From positions 19,809-83,808 of IMG/VR virus record IMGVR_UViG_3300038393_000457: DNA of 64,000 nucleotides; one strand, written 5' to 3'. This document shows positions 1 through 8,806 of the stretch, in pieces. Origin of the DNA: a virus. Lineage: Duplodnaviria; Caudoviricetes. How positions within the stretch are numbered: the stretch's first letter is position 1; each line of letters begins with the position of its first letter. The position numbers and the translations under genes were made by a program. The notes beneath the pieces are model-generated. The model was not told the DNA's origin. It was given only the letters and a program-made list of their open reading frames with translations, and searched no databases.

Positions 1-114
1 ATTGTTCATGAACGTATCGCATTTTGTCAACGGATTGTTGCAAATGATCCAAGTCAAGGTATCTTCCTTGATGGTTGGAATAATCGTTCCAATCGTTTCC
101 TAGTGGAGGTTTAA
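1..114 (+). CDS. 3' end of endolysin, GH108-type with C-terminal peptidoglycan-binding domain (partial)
   Basis: Frame 1 reads IVHERIAFCQRIVANDPSQGIFLDGWNNRSNRFLVEV*; the P-Q--FL-GW-NR pattern is typical of GH108 lysozyme C-termini; directly upstream of a holin. Confidence 0.7.
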   Translation: MVHERIAFCQRIVANDPSQGIFLDGWNNRSNRFLVEV

Positions 115-115
115 A

Positions 116-706
116 ATGGGTATCCTGTCTGGTCTTAATCCAGTATCAGCCATTGTCGATTCAGTCTCCGGCGCTGTACAAGGTGTCGGAAAAGTTTTCT
201 TTGGATCAACCGAGGAACGTGACCAACAGGCTTCCGATGAAATCAAATCAGTTCAAGCTGGCTACCAAGCTGAATTTATGGCACCTGAGAAGAAGGGTAA
301 ATTCAACCAGTTTGTTGACGGAGCTAATCGTCTTGTAAGACCATTCTTCACTTTTGGTGTTGTTGCTTTGTTTGCATGGTGTGTTTATGATCCGGCTCAG
401 TTCTCGGTCGCGATGCAGGCATTACGATTGATGCCCGATAATCTCTGGTATGTGTTATTTGCAATCATCACTTTCTGGTTTGGATCCAGAACACTTATCG
501 ATCATGCTGCAGCAAAAGCTCAAATCACAGGCCCAACAGAACAGCAAGTCTCTGATGTTCTCAATAGCCAAAGGCAATTGCAGGAATTGCGGGCTGCGGC
601 ACAACAAGATAAGTATGCATCCAAGATCAAAGACGGCGCTTCTACGGTAAACACTACGGATAATCCATCTATCCAGGATTGGATTAATAAGTTCAAGGGT
701 CTATAA
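116..706 (+). CDS. Holin of 3TM family (GTA-type holin-like)
   Basis: F--FVDGANRLVRP + TM helices + W---AIITFWFG-R pattern; follows endolysin. Confidence 0.75.
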   Translation: MGILSGLNPVSAIVDSVSGAVQGVGKVFFGSTEERDQQASDEIKSVQAGYQAEFMAPEKKGKFNQFVDGANRLVRPFFTFGVVALFAWCVYDPAQFSVAMQALRLMPDNLWYVLFAIITFWFGSRTLIDHAAAKAQITGPTEQQVSDVLNSQRQLQELRAAAQQDKYASKIKDGASTVNTTDNPSIQDWINKFKGL

Positions 707-903
707 TGACCCCGGATTTCTGGGTGACACTTCTCCAGGGTGGAAATATTATGATCGCCGCTATTATTGCGGAAGGTCTTATTATTGTCTATTTGGGTCG
801 TTATGTTGCCAAGTTGGTTGACAAGATCATTGATATGTCTCAAAAGACGGCGGAGGTGATGGAAAAGCTTTCGAGTGACTATAGAGAAAGGAACAAACAT
901 TGA
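706..903 (+). CDS. Small membrane protein (lysis cassette-associated)
   Basis: One hydrophobic helix then coiled charged tail; stop/start coupled to holin. Confidence 0.55.
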   Translation: MTPDFWVTLLQGGNIMIAAIIAEGLIIVYLGRYVAKLVDKIIDMSQKTAEVMEKLSSDYRERNKH

Positions 904-1082
904 AATTCCTTCCTTTTTTGTGTCCCAAAAAAATAAAAGACCTGGATAAATGTCTAGAACGCTTTGATCATGCTTTTGATGACATAAGTAATTTTCTCCC
1001 CATTGATTTATTACCCGAAAATACGGTTGGTTCATTAATTCAACAGCTACCAGACCATAAGAAGGAAACCAAGAATGGTTGA
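900..1082 (+). CDS. Hypothetical protein
   Basis: 60-aa ORF coupled to neighbours. Confidence 0.45.
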   Translation: MKFLPFLCPKKIKDLDKCLERFDHAFDDISNFLPIDLLPENTVGSLIQQLPDHKKETKNG

Positions 1083-1404
1083 ACCATTTTCCTTTAATAT
1101 GATACTGATAGTAACAACCGCACTATTAACAGTTGTTGCAATTCTTTATACATTAATGCGCCAAAGAATCACAAAGCTGGATCGACGTGTCCGCTTGTTT
1201 CTTTTTGGCATTTTCGTTACATGGACAGGATTCATAACAATACCTTTCCTTACAACTTCCGTTGCATTTATATCCTCTGGAATGATCGTGATCGGAAGCT
1301 TGATCACGGTCCAAATTCTTTTGGAATGGAAGTATGGAAGAATGGTTTGGTTAAAATTCCTTGGATTGATCCTATTGATATCTCTCCTGATCTTCTTCAT
1401 GTAA
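1075..1404 (+). CDS. Multi-pass membrane protein
   Basis: Four hydrophobic segments in 109 aa. Confidence 0.6.
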   Translation: MVEPFSFNMILIVTTALLTVVAILYTLMRQRITKLDRRVRLFLFGIFVTWTGFITIPFLTTSVAFISSGMIVIGSLITVQILLEWKYGRMVWLKFLGLILLISLLIFFM

Positions 1405-1439
1405 TTGACAAAACCATAGGTTAATGCTATAACCTATGA

Positions 1440-2465
1440 ATGTCCGTATTCATTTGTAGAAAATATGCAAACGCTCTAGGCACTCGCCTAGAGCGTTTTT
1501 CACCTAAAGGCAACGACACTTGGATGTTTCGTTGTCCGCTTTGCGGCGACTCCAAGAAAAACAAATACAAAGCTCGTGGTCATATCTATCGCAAGAAGGA
1601 TAGTTTCTACTATCGTTGCTTCAATTGCAACGTCAGCACCACTTTCGAGTCTTTCCTAAAACAAGTTGCACCTGATCTTAACAACGAATTTCGATATGAG
1701 CGATTCGCAGAAATGCGTGCTGATCGCAAGACATTTGAAGTGGACCAGGTAATCGAGAAAATGAATGAGCGCAATGAAAGACTTAACAATCTGTCATTGA
1801 AAAATGTGTTGACTCCTTTGAGTGATCTTCCCAAAGATCACAAGGCACGATTGTATATCGAAAAACGAAAAATTCCTCAGGATGCTTGGAAGTATTTGTC
1901 TTATTCAGATGATTTCCGGAAAGTTGTCCGGGAGCTTGATCCTGAAAAAGCGAACAAAATGCCCGATAATGATGAACGTGTGGTGATCACAACATTTGGT
2001 CCTAATCACGAAATCATCGGTGTTGCCGGCCGTTCACTCGATCCGAACAATGAGAAGAAATATATTCATATCAAGGCCTCTGACAAGTACCCGAAGTTAT
2101 TTGGGATGGATCGTACACCATTTCATCATGGTGCTTTGGTATTTGAAGGGCCGATTGATGCATTGTTTTTTGACAATGGCATAGCAACTTGCGATTCCGA
2201 TTTGACATTTGCTTGCAGATATTACAAAGATGTTATATTGGTCTATGATAATGAACCAAAGAATCCATATATCGTCAAAGGAATAAAGAACGCAATTGAC
2301 AGGGAGTTTCGTGTCTGTATTTGGCCTTCAGATATCTCTTTCAAAGATGTTAATGATATGGTTATGGGAGGAATGTTGATTCAGGATATCAGAAGAATTA
2401 TCCTGGACAATACAGTTGAAGGTATGCGAGCACAGATATATTTCAATCGCTGGAAAAAAGTATAA
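1440..2465 (+). CDS. 61: DNA primase, T4 gp61-like
   Basis: N-terminal FRCPLCGDS...CFNC zinc finger, TOPRIM EGPIDALF and YDNEP motifs, KDVNDMV near C-terminus. Confidence 0.93.
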   Translation: MSVFICRKYANALGTRLERFSPKGNDTWMFRCPLCGDSKKNKYKARGHIYRKKDSFYYRCFNCNVSTTFESFLKQVAPDLNNEFRYERFAEMRADRKTFEVDQVIEKMNERNERLNNLSLKNVLTPLSDLPKDHKARLYIEKRKIPQDAWKYLSYSDDFRKVVRELDPEKANKMPDNDERVVITTFGPNHEIIGVAGRSLDPNNEKKYIHIKASDKYPKLFGMDRTPFHHGALVFEGPIDALFFDNGIATCDSDLTFACRYYKDVILVYDNEPKNPYIVKGIKNAIDREFRVCIWPSDISFKDVNDMVMGGMLIQDIRRIILDNTVEGMRAQIYFNRWKKV

Positions 2466-2639
2466 AAATTCCCCGAGTAATGTTAATGGAATGGAGTGCT
2501 GAAACCTCAATAGGATCAGCACTCTATTAGGCCTATATGGTTCCGAAAATCTCGCAATAGATAGTATGGCTATTGCCTTTTTAGGCAAAATGAGATAAAT
2601 AAAAAATCAAACAATAAGAAGAAGAGAGAGTATCAAGAA

Positions 2640-4589
2640 ATGCCGGATAATGTCGCGGGCAAGCGCAATAATTTTTTCCCAACCGATCTACAAAATTACG
2701 TTCACATTTCGAAATATGCCCGTTGGCTACCTGATGAAAACAGACGTGAAAACTGGCCAGAAACAGTTGGACGCTATTTCAATCATTTCGAGAAGCATCT
2801 AAAAGGGTCTACACTTTACACCTTGACTCCAAAGGATCGTGCTGAACTGGAAGATGCTGTATTGAACCAGAAGATCGTACCATCAATGCGTGCGTTGATG
2901 ACTGCTGGTCCAGCCATGGAGCGTTGTGGTGTTTGTGCCTATAATTGTGCATACGTTGCCGTTGATTCACCCCGCACTTTTGATGAAATTGTGTATGTTC
3001 TCATGTGTGGTACTGGCGTTGGTTTTTCTGTCGAAAAGAAATATGTAAGCAAACTACCAATAATCGAAGAGGAATTCCACGAAACCGATACGACTATCAA
3101 GGTACGTGATTCCAAGATCGGATGGGCGAAAGCTTATCGTGAGCTTGTTCATTTGCTTTATGGTGGACAGATTCCCAAGTATGATGTATCTGCTGTACGC
3201 CCTGCTGGTGCACCTCTAAAGACATTTGGTGGTCGTGCATCTGGACCGGAACCTCTTGTCGATTTGTTTGAATTCACAATCAAGATGTTCCAACAGGCCG
3301 CTGGTCGCAGACTTAAGCCAATCGAATGTCATGATATCGTGTGCAAGATTGCTGAAATTGTTGTTGTTGGCGGCGTTCGTCGTTCCGCTTTGATTTCTTT
3401 GTCTGATATGGATGACAGAGAAATGCGCGATGCAAAGAGTGGCAAGTGGTGGGAAACCCATCCGCATCGTCGTCTCGCAAACAATTCCTGGGTAGCTACA
3501 GAGCCAGAAATCAATCCTGGCATCTTCATGGAAGAATGGTATTCTCTTTACAAGTCCAATTCTGGTGAAAGAGGCATCTATTCCCGTTATGCTGCGCAAC
3601 AACAGGTAGAGAAGATTGGTCGTCGCAAGATGGATGATGATTTTGGTGTCAATCCTTGTTCTGAAATCATCTTGCGCAATCGTCAATTCTGCAACCTCAC
3701 CGAAGTGGTTGTCCGTTCAACTGATGGACCAAAGGAATTAAAGGAAAAGGTTCGTCTTGCAACTATTCTCGGCACATTCCAATCTACTGTGACAAACTTC
3801 AAATACATCACAAAGAAATGGTCCGAGAATTGTAAGGAAGAAAGATTGCTTGGTGTGTCCTTAACAGGCATCTTGGATAACAAGTATCTCAATGGTCGTC
3901 ATAATGGTTTGAATGAAACCATAAAGCTTCTAGAAGAGATGAAGCAAGTAGCAATTGACACAAACAAGGAATGGGCGGCAAAGCTTGGTATCAATCAAGC
4001 AACAGCCATCACTTGTGTCAAACCATCTGGTTCTGTTTCTACTCTTATGGATACTTCTGCTGGCATCCACACTCGTCATTCGCAGTATTATATTCGCACT
4101 GTGCGTAATGACAAGAAGGATCCATTATATTTCATGATGGCAGATTCTGGTTTCCCAGTTGAAGATTGCGTTATGAATCCAACTCAAACTGCGGTGTTTT
4201 CTTTCCCAGTAAAAGCCCCGAAGGATGCTGTATTCCGTAAGGATTGGGATGCTATTGTTCAGTTGGAAGTGTGGAAGGTTTATCAGGATCATTGGACAGA
4301 ACACAAGCCATCTGTGACAATCTCAGTCAAGGAAGACGAATGGGTCAAAGTTGGCTCTTGGGTCTATGATCACTTTGATAATATTTCTGGTGTGTCGTTC
4401 CTGCCTTATTCCGATGCTGAATATAAGCAAATGCCTTATCAGGAATGCAGCAAGGAAGAATACGAGGAACTCCTTGCGAAGATGCCCAAGGATGTTGACT
4501 GGTCACGACTTCAGATGTATGAAATGTATGACCAGACCACGGGCATGGCCGAGCTTGCGTGCACCGGTGGAAGTTGCGATATTACATAA
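2640..4589 (+). CDS. nrdJ: Class II (adenosylcobalamin-dependent) ribonucleotide reductase
   Basis: PSMR, GGVRRSA, NPCSE catalytic motif, TCVKPSG, C-terminal ELACTGGSC; no small-subunit gene adjacent. Confidence 0.92.
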   Translation: MPDNVAGKRNNFFPTDLQNYVHISKYARWLPDENRRENWPETVGRYFNHFEKHLKGSTLYTLTPKDRAELEDAVLNQKIVPSMRALMTAGPAMERCGVCAYNCAYVAVDSPRTFDEIVYVLMCGTGVGFSVEKKYVSKLPIIEEEFHETDTTIKVRDSKIGWAKAYRELVHLLYGGQIPKYDVSAVRPAGAPLKTFGGRASGPEPLVDLFEFTIKMFQQAAGRRLKPIECHDIVCKIAEIVVVGGVRRSALISLSDMDDREMRDAKSGKWWETHPHRRLANNSWVATEPEINPGIFMEEWYSLYKSNSGERGIYSRYAAQQQVEKIGRRKMDDDFGVNPCSEIILRNRQFCNLTEVVVRSTDGPKELKEKVRLATILGTFQSTVTNFKYITKKWSENCKEERLLGVSLTGILDNKYLNGRHNGLNETIKLLEEMKQVAIDTNKEWAAKLGINQATAITCVKPSGSVSTLMDTSAGIHTRHSQYYIRTVRNDKKDPLYFMMADSGFPVEDCVMNPTQTAVFSFPVKAPKDAVFRKDWDAIVQLEVWKVYQDHWTEHKPSVTISVKEDEWVKVGSWVYDHFDNISGVSFLPYSDAEYKQMPYQECSKEEYEELLAKMPKDVDWSRLQMYEMYDQTTGMAELACTGGSCDIT

Positions 4590-4602
4590 TTGAGGATTTA
4601 CT

Positions 4603-4767
4603 ATGTGGAAACCAATTTCTGAATGTCCAGAAGATACTAAAGGTGTTTTTGGATATTGGGATCAATTTGATAGTTGGGTATTCAACATTTTCGGGTCAAA
4701 AGACCAACCCGAAAAGTATGGATATACTCATTGGCTTGATATGAATCCTCCACAAAGGGATGTGTAA
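4603..4767 (+). CDS. Small hypothetical protein (W-PI-E-PE...THW pattern, DUF551-like)
   Basis: Hand translation MWKPISECPEDTKGVFGYW...YTHWLDMNPPQRDV*; GAGG RBS. Confidence 0.45.
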   Translation: MWKPISECPEDTKGVFGYWDQFDSWVFNIFGSKDQPEKYGYTHWLDMNPPQRDV

Positions 4768-4985
4768 TGCCTGCTGAATATAGAAATCCAGATGGTACTT
4801 GGTCGCAAGGATACTATTGCATGACTTGCGGTGAATGTTGCAACATGTACGCTACTGGTCATGGTGATGGTAAGTGTAAGCCAAATCCAAAGTTGGTTGC
4901 AGCATTAATTGAAGTAAATAAGAGAGAAAATGATTATCCAAGACACTCTGGTATGAAAAATGTTGACACTACTAGAACAAGCTAA
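4767..4985 (+). CDS. Small Cys-rich hypothetical protein
   Basis: CMTCGECC..H..C pattern; coupled start. Confidence 0.5.
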   Translation: MPAEYRNPDGTWSQGYYCMTCGECCNMYATGHGDGKCKPNPKLVAALIEVNKRENDYPRHSGMKNVDTTRTS

Positions 4986-5409
4986 TCATAGTAAAGGTAC
5001 ATATTTCGCGTTGCAGCCATCTGGGGCGACGCGAAATCGCCTGCAGGATTTGGTGTCAGAATTGAACATCGACAATGCAGTCAAACCTATGGAATATCAT
5101 TGCACGGTGATTTATTCCAAGACACCTTGCCCGCAAATGAGAAATTTCAGACCTAAACTGCCGGTTTGGGCAATGGGTGTTGAATTTCTGTTGTTCGGGG
5201 AAAACAAGAATATTTTGGTATTGAAGTTGGAGTCCATCTCTCTCCATAAGTTATATGATGATCTTCAAGTCTATAATCCATCAAGTGATTACGATCAATA
5301 CAATCCTCATATCACTCTTTCATATAATTGGGAGGAAGAACTTCCTAAATTGAAGGAGGTAATTCCAGTGTGTTTTGATACGTTCCTTTGCACTCCTTTG
5401 GAGGACTAA
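4960..5409 (+). CDS. acb1: 2H phosphoesterase, Acb1/T4 gp57B-like anti-CBASS nuclease
   Basis: Two HxT motifs (YHCTVIYS and PHITLSYN), G-Y-A N-terminus and LVLKL strand match the T4 gp57B layout; about 150 aa. Confidence 0.85.
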   Translation: MLTLLEQANHSKGTYFALQPSGATRNRLQDLVSELNIDNAVKPMEYHCTVIYSKTPCPQMRNFRPKLPVWAMGVEFLLFGENKNILVLKLESISLHKLYDDLQVYNPSSDYDQYNPHITLSYNWEEELPKLKEVIPVCFDTFLCTPLED

Positions 5410-5435
5410 GTATCCAGACTTAAGGAGTCTGGATG
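5404..5435 (+). promoter_or_regulatory. Late-promoter-like motif plus RBS-sequestering hairpin for resolvase gene
   Basis: GACTAAGTA at 5404-5412; ATCCAGACT-TAAGG-AGTCTGGAT 9-bp stem (5412-5434) covers AAGGAG and the AT of the start codon. Confidence 0.65.
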
Positions 5436-5999
5436 TCAACAAATTTACTAGTCGGAATTGATTATAGTCTTAGCTGCCCGTGCATTGGTTTTCTTGATGG
5501 AGGACAGATGCATTTTCGGTTCCTAACAGACACCAAGAAATACATCAATAAATGGAAATACAAGAACCTGATCATAGAAGGAATTGAACATAAGAATTGG
5601 AGTCATCCACTAGAACGCTACAACAATATTGCTGTTCAGATACTTGGTGACACTGATTATGAAGTCAAGACTTTAAGAAATGCCAAAAACATTAACATCG
5701 AAGATTATTCTATGGGCTCTAAGGGAAAGGTATTTGGGATTGCAGAGAATACGGCAATCCTTAAGAACCATCTTTGGTCAAAAGAAATAACATATGGAAC
5801 AATCCCACCAACTGTTGTGAAGAAATTTGCAACCACAAAGGGTAATTCCAAGAAAGAACAGATGTATGAAGCATGGTTAGATCAAGTTGGGATCGATCTA
5901 AAGAAGCTCATGGATATTGAAACTGATAAAGTAACTTCACCTTTGTCAGATTTAGTAGATGCGTTTTTCTTAGCTAAACTTGACAAGTGGCATAAGTAG
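5433..5999 (+). CDS. RuvC-like Holliday junction resolvase (phage type)
   Basis: VGIDYS, IEDY, PPTVVKKFAT-KGN--KEQM and DLVDAFFLA acidic motifs. Confidence 0.8.
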   Translation: MSTNLLVGIDYSLSCPCIGFLDGGQMHFRFLTDTKKYINKWKYKNLIIEGIEHKNWSHPLERYNNIAVQILGDTDYEVKTLRNAKNINIEDYSMGSKGKVFGIAENTAILKNHLWSKEITYGTIPPTVVKKFATTKGNSKKEQMYEAWLDQVGIDLKKLMDIETDKVTSPLSDLVDAFFLAKLDKWHK

Positions 6000-6012
6000 T
6001 ATATAAGTAAAA

Positions 6013-6061
6013 GGAGAACGACAGACGTTCTCCACAAATATAAGAAGTTAGGGGTTCTAAC
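6013..6061 (+). promoter_or_regulatory. Two-hairpin leader, copy 1 (upstream of NadM-Nudix)
   Basis: GGAGAACG-ACAGA-CGTTCTCC, 13-nt spacer, GTTAG-GGGTT-CTAAC, then G-ATG. Confidence 0.7.
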
Positions 6062-6062
6062 G

Positions 6063-7121
6063 ATGTATGAATTAGCTGTGTTTATCGGCAGATTTCAGCC
6101 GTTTCATTTAGGTCATAAGCTCGTTCTAGATAACGGCTTCAAGGTCGCCAAGAATGTCTTGGTGTTCCTCGGTTCGCATGATTCTCCTCGCACGATGGTC
6201 AATCCGTGGACGAGTGAAGAACGTGCCGGACTAATCAATTCGATCTATGCAAAGACTGAATTTGCTCATAGAATCGACTTCAAACCAATTGTAGATTTCC
6301 CATATAACGATACACTTTGGATGCGTCAAGTCCAGCAGGAAGTATATTCTCGCGGATTGACTGACGATCAGGTTTGTCTAATTGGTGAAAAGAAAGATGA
6401 AGGAACATCCTTCTATCTCAAGATGTTCCCACAATGGGATTATGTCGGTGTTCCTGATGTTCCAGACATCAATGCGACCGATATCCGTGAGTCATATTTT
6501 GAATATGAGAAGGCTCGAAATCATATTGGTTATTTCGACGGGTTTCAAAAGAATGTGCCGAAAGAAACTTTTGATTTCTTGGTTGATTTTTTCTCAGCAG
6601 AGGAAGATTATGAATATGTTAAGAACGAATTTGAATTCCAGTACCAATACGACAAAAAGTGGGAAAATTCTCCTTATCCACCGATGTTCATTACTGTTGA
6701 TTCCGTTGTTGTGCAAAGTGGACATGTGTTATTGGTCAAACGCCGTGCCCATCCTGGAAAAGGGCTTTGGGCTCTTCCAGGTGGTTACCTAAACAAAAAT
6801 GAAAAGTTGTTTGATGGGGCTATTCGTGAATTGATGGAAGAAACAAAGATCAAGGTGCCAATTGATGCACTCAAGGGATCATTCGTTGAAGTCCAAGTTT
6901 TCGATGCACCAAATAGATCAACTCGCGGCCGTATTGTAACTCATGCTCATTCCTTCAAACTGAAGGATGGCGGTAAGCTTCCCCGCATTAAAGGAAGTGA
7001 TGATGCAGAGAAAGCAAAATGGATACCTTTCTCTGATATCAAGCGTAGTGAACTTTTTGAAGACCACCACGCGATTTTAGAAACAATGATATCCAGACTT
7101 AACGGCGATAGACGCCAATAA
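6063..7121 (+). CDS. nadM: Bifunctional NMN adenylyltransferase / Nudix (ADP-ribose) hydrolase
   Basis: FIGRFQPFHLGH, NPWTSEER, Nudix box PGG-L---E------RELMEET, GSDDA-KAKW, FEDH. Confidence 0.95.
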   Translation: MYELAVFIGRFQPFHLGHKLVLDNGFKVAKNVLVFLGSHDSPRTMVNPWTSEERAGLINSIYAKTEFAHRIDFKPIVDFPYNDTLWMRQVQQEVYSRGLTDDQVCLIGEKKDEGTSFYLKMFPQWDYVGVPDVPDINATDIRESYFEYEKARNHIGYFDGFQKNVPKETFDFLVDFFSAEEDYEYVKNEFEFQYQYDKKWENSPYPPMFITVDSVVVQSGHVLLVKRRAHPGKGLWALPGGYLNKNEKLFDGAIRELMEETKIKVPIDALKGSFVEVQVFDAPNRSTRGRIVTHAHSFKLKDGGKLPRIKGSDDAEKAKWIPFSDIKRSELFEDHHAILETMISRLNGDRRQ

Positions 7122-7145
7122 TAACGAAAGGTTAGGGGTTCTAAC
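7104..7145 (+). promoter_or_regulatory. Two-hairpin leader, copy 2 (upstream of NAMPT)
   Basis: GGCG-ATAGA-CGCC, 14-nt spacer, identical GTTAGGGGTTCTAAC, then ATG. Confidence 0.7.
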
Positions 7146-8519
7146 ATGACAAATCCTATTCTAAATGTTGACAGTTACAAGCATTCTCATTTTCTACAGT
7201 ATCCACATGGCACGACCGAGGTGTATTCCTATATTGAGTCACGTGGTGGAGAATTCGGCAAGTTTGTATTCTTTGGTTTACAAGCTTATCTCAAGAAGTC
7301 TTTGAGTCGTGTTCCGACTCTTGATGAAATCGACCAGGCAGAAAAGATTGTTGTTGCCCATGGTCTACCTTTCAATCGTCAGGGGTGGGTCGATCTTCAT
7401 ATCCTCGGATATTGGCCTGTTGAAATCAAGGCACTTCCAGAAGGTATGGTTGTTCCTACACATGTGCCTTGTGTGACTATTTGCAACACCGATCCTCGCT
7501 TCTATTGGATTACTTCGTTCTTGGAAACCGCATTGCTTCGTGCTGTTTGGTATCCATCAACAGTGGCGACTATTTCATATAATGCAAAGAAGATCATTTC
7601 TAAATATTTGGAAGAAACCTGTGATGTTCCTGATTGGAAGACAAACATTCTTCCTTTCCGTCTGCATGACTTTGGTGCTCGTGGTGTAAGTTCGGAAGAG
7701 TCTGCTGCTCTTGGTGGTCTTGGTCACCTTGTGAATTTCATGGGCACAGACACCATGTCGGCGCTTATTGCGGCCATGGAATTCTACAATGCCAAGGATG
7801 TTGTTGGATATTCCATTCCTGCCGCCGAACATTCCACCATTACTTCATGGGGCGAATCTGGTGAACCTGATGCATATCAGAACATGATTACACAGTTTGG
7901 TGGTGGTCTGTATGCGGTTGTGTCCGATTCTTATGATCTTGACTTTGCGGTAAGGTCTATCTGGGGAGAAGAATTGCGGCACGATGTTCTGGATGCAAAA
8001 GGTACCTTGGTTGTTCGTCCTGATTCAGGCGATCCTGCAACGATTGTTGTCAATACCTTGAATATCCTTGGTACCAAATTTGATTATACCACAAATTCTA
8101 AGGGGTATATGGTACTTAATCCGAAAGTTCGCGTAATTCAGGGTGATGGTATCAATTTGAAGAGTATTCCTCAAATTCTAGAAGCTGTTAAGCAATCTGG
8201 ATGGTCAACAGAGAATTTGGCCATGGGTATGGGTGGAATGCTCTTGCAGGGCTGTAATCGTGACACTCTCAAGTGGGCAATGAAGGCCTCAAGTGTCACG
8301 ATCAATGGAAACGAGAAAGGTGTTAACAAGAATCCTAAGACTGATCCAGGAAAGGCTTCCAAGAAAGGTAAGTTTTCTGTGGTTGCAGAAAATGGTACTC
8401 TTGTCTGCAAGCCACGCAATGGCTTTGCTGCATGGGATACAATGCAGACAGTCTATCGTGATGGTAAGCTTTTGGTGGATTGGACGTTTGATGATGTGCG
8501 TTCTTTTGCTAATAGATGA
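7146..8519 (+). CDS. nadV: Nicotinamide phosphoribosyltransferase
   Basis: DSYKHSH, LHDFGARG, SIPAAEHS, VSDSYD, VRPDSGDP, IQGDG, MGG-LLQ-CNRDT motifs. Confidence 0.95.
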   Translation: MTNPILNVDSYKHSHFLQYPHGTTEVYSYIESRGGEFGKFVFFGLQAYLKKSLSRVPTLDEIDQAEKIVVAHGLPFNRQGWVDLHILGYWPVEIKALPEGMVVPTHVPCVTICNTDPRFYWITSFLETALLRAVWYPSTVATISYNAKKIISKYLEETCDVPDWKTNILPFRLHDFGARGVSSEESAALGGLGHLVNFMGTDTMSALIAAMEFYNAKDVVGYSIPAAEHSTITSWGESGEPDAYQNMITQFGGGLYAVVSDSYDLDFAVRSIWGEELRHDVLDAKGTLVVRPDSGDPATIVVNTLNILGTKFDYTTNSKGYMVLNPKVRVIQGDGINLKSIPQILEAVKQSGWSTENLAMGMGGMLLQGCNRDTLKWAMKASSVTINGNEKGVNKNPKTDPGKASKKGKFSVVAENGTLVCKPRNGFAAWDTMQTVYRDGKLLVDWTFDDVRSFANR

Positions 8520-8570
8520 TTGACAACACGATTAAATAAGATATGATGCTCCGGAGATAGTCTCCGGAGC
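8520..8570 (+). promoter_or_regulatory. Sigma70-like promoter followed by perfect 10-bp hairpin (probable terminator of the nad operon)
   Basis: TTGACA-N16-TATGAT; GCTCCGGAGA-TAG-TCTCCGGAGC. Confidence 0.5.
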
Positions 8571-8577
8571 ATTTATT

Positions 8578-8805
8578 ATGATTGTTGCATTTGTCCATAT
8601 CATGGAAGATGAAAGACTACCACAATTTGGGGTGCGAGATATTCAGCCTGGAAATCCTCTCTTTGATAAGATTAGACAGTGTAAGGTGAGGCAGGAAATT
8701 CAAATTAAGATCGAAAGTTTGGAATTCTTTCAAAACAATTTTATCAACCTACCGGAAGTTGATCTTCCGGCGACTGTTGAAAAATTTTTAACTATTTGGT
8801 CATAA
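8578..8805 (+). CDS. Hypothetical protein
   Basis: 75-aa ORF in operon context. Confidence 0.55.
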   Translation: MIVAFVHIMEDERLPQFGVRDIQPGNPLFDKIRQCKVRQEIQIKIESLEFFQNNFINLPEVDLPATVEKFLTIWS

Positions 8806-8806
8806 C

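Noticed and set aside
2640-4589. Intron or intein in the ribonucleotide reductase (common in phages)
   Set aside because: The ORF is continuous at normal length (649 aa) with no insertion-like segment
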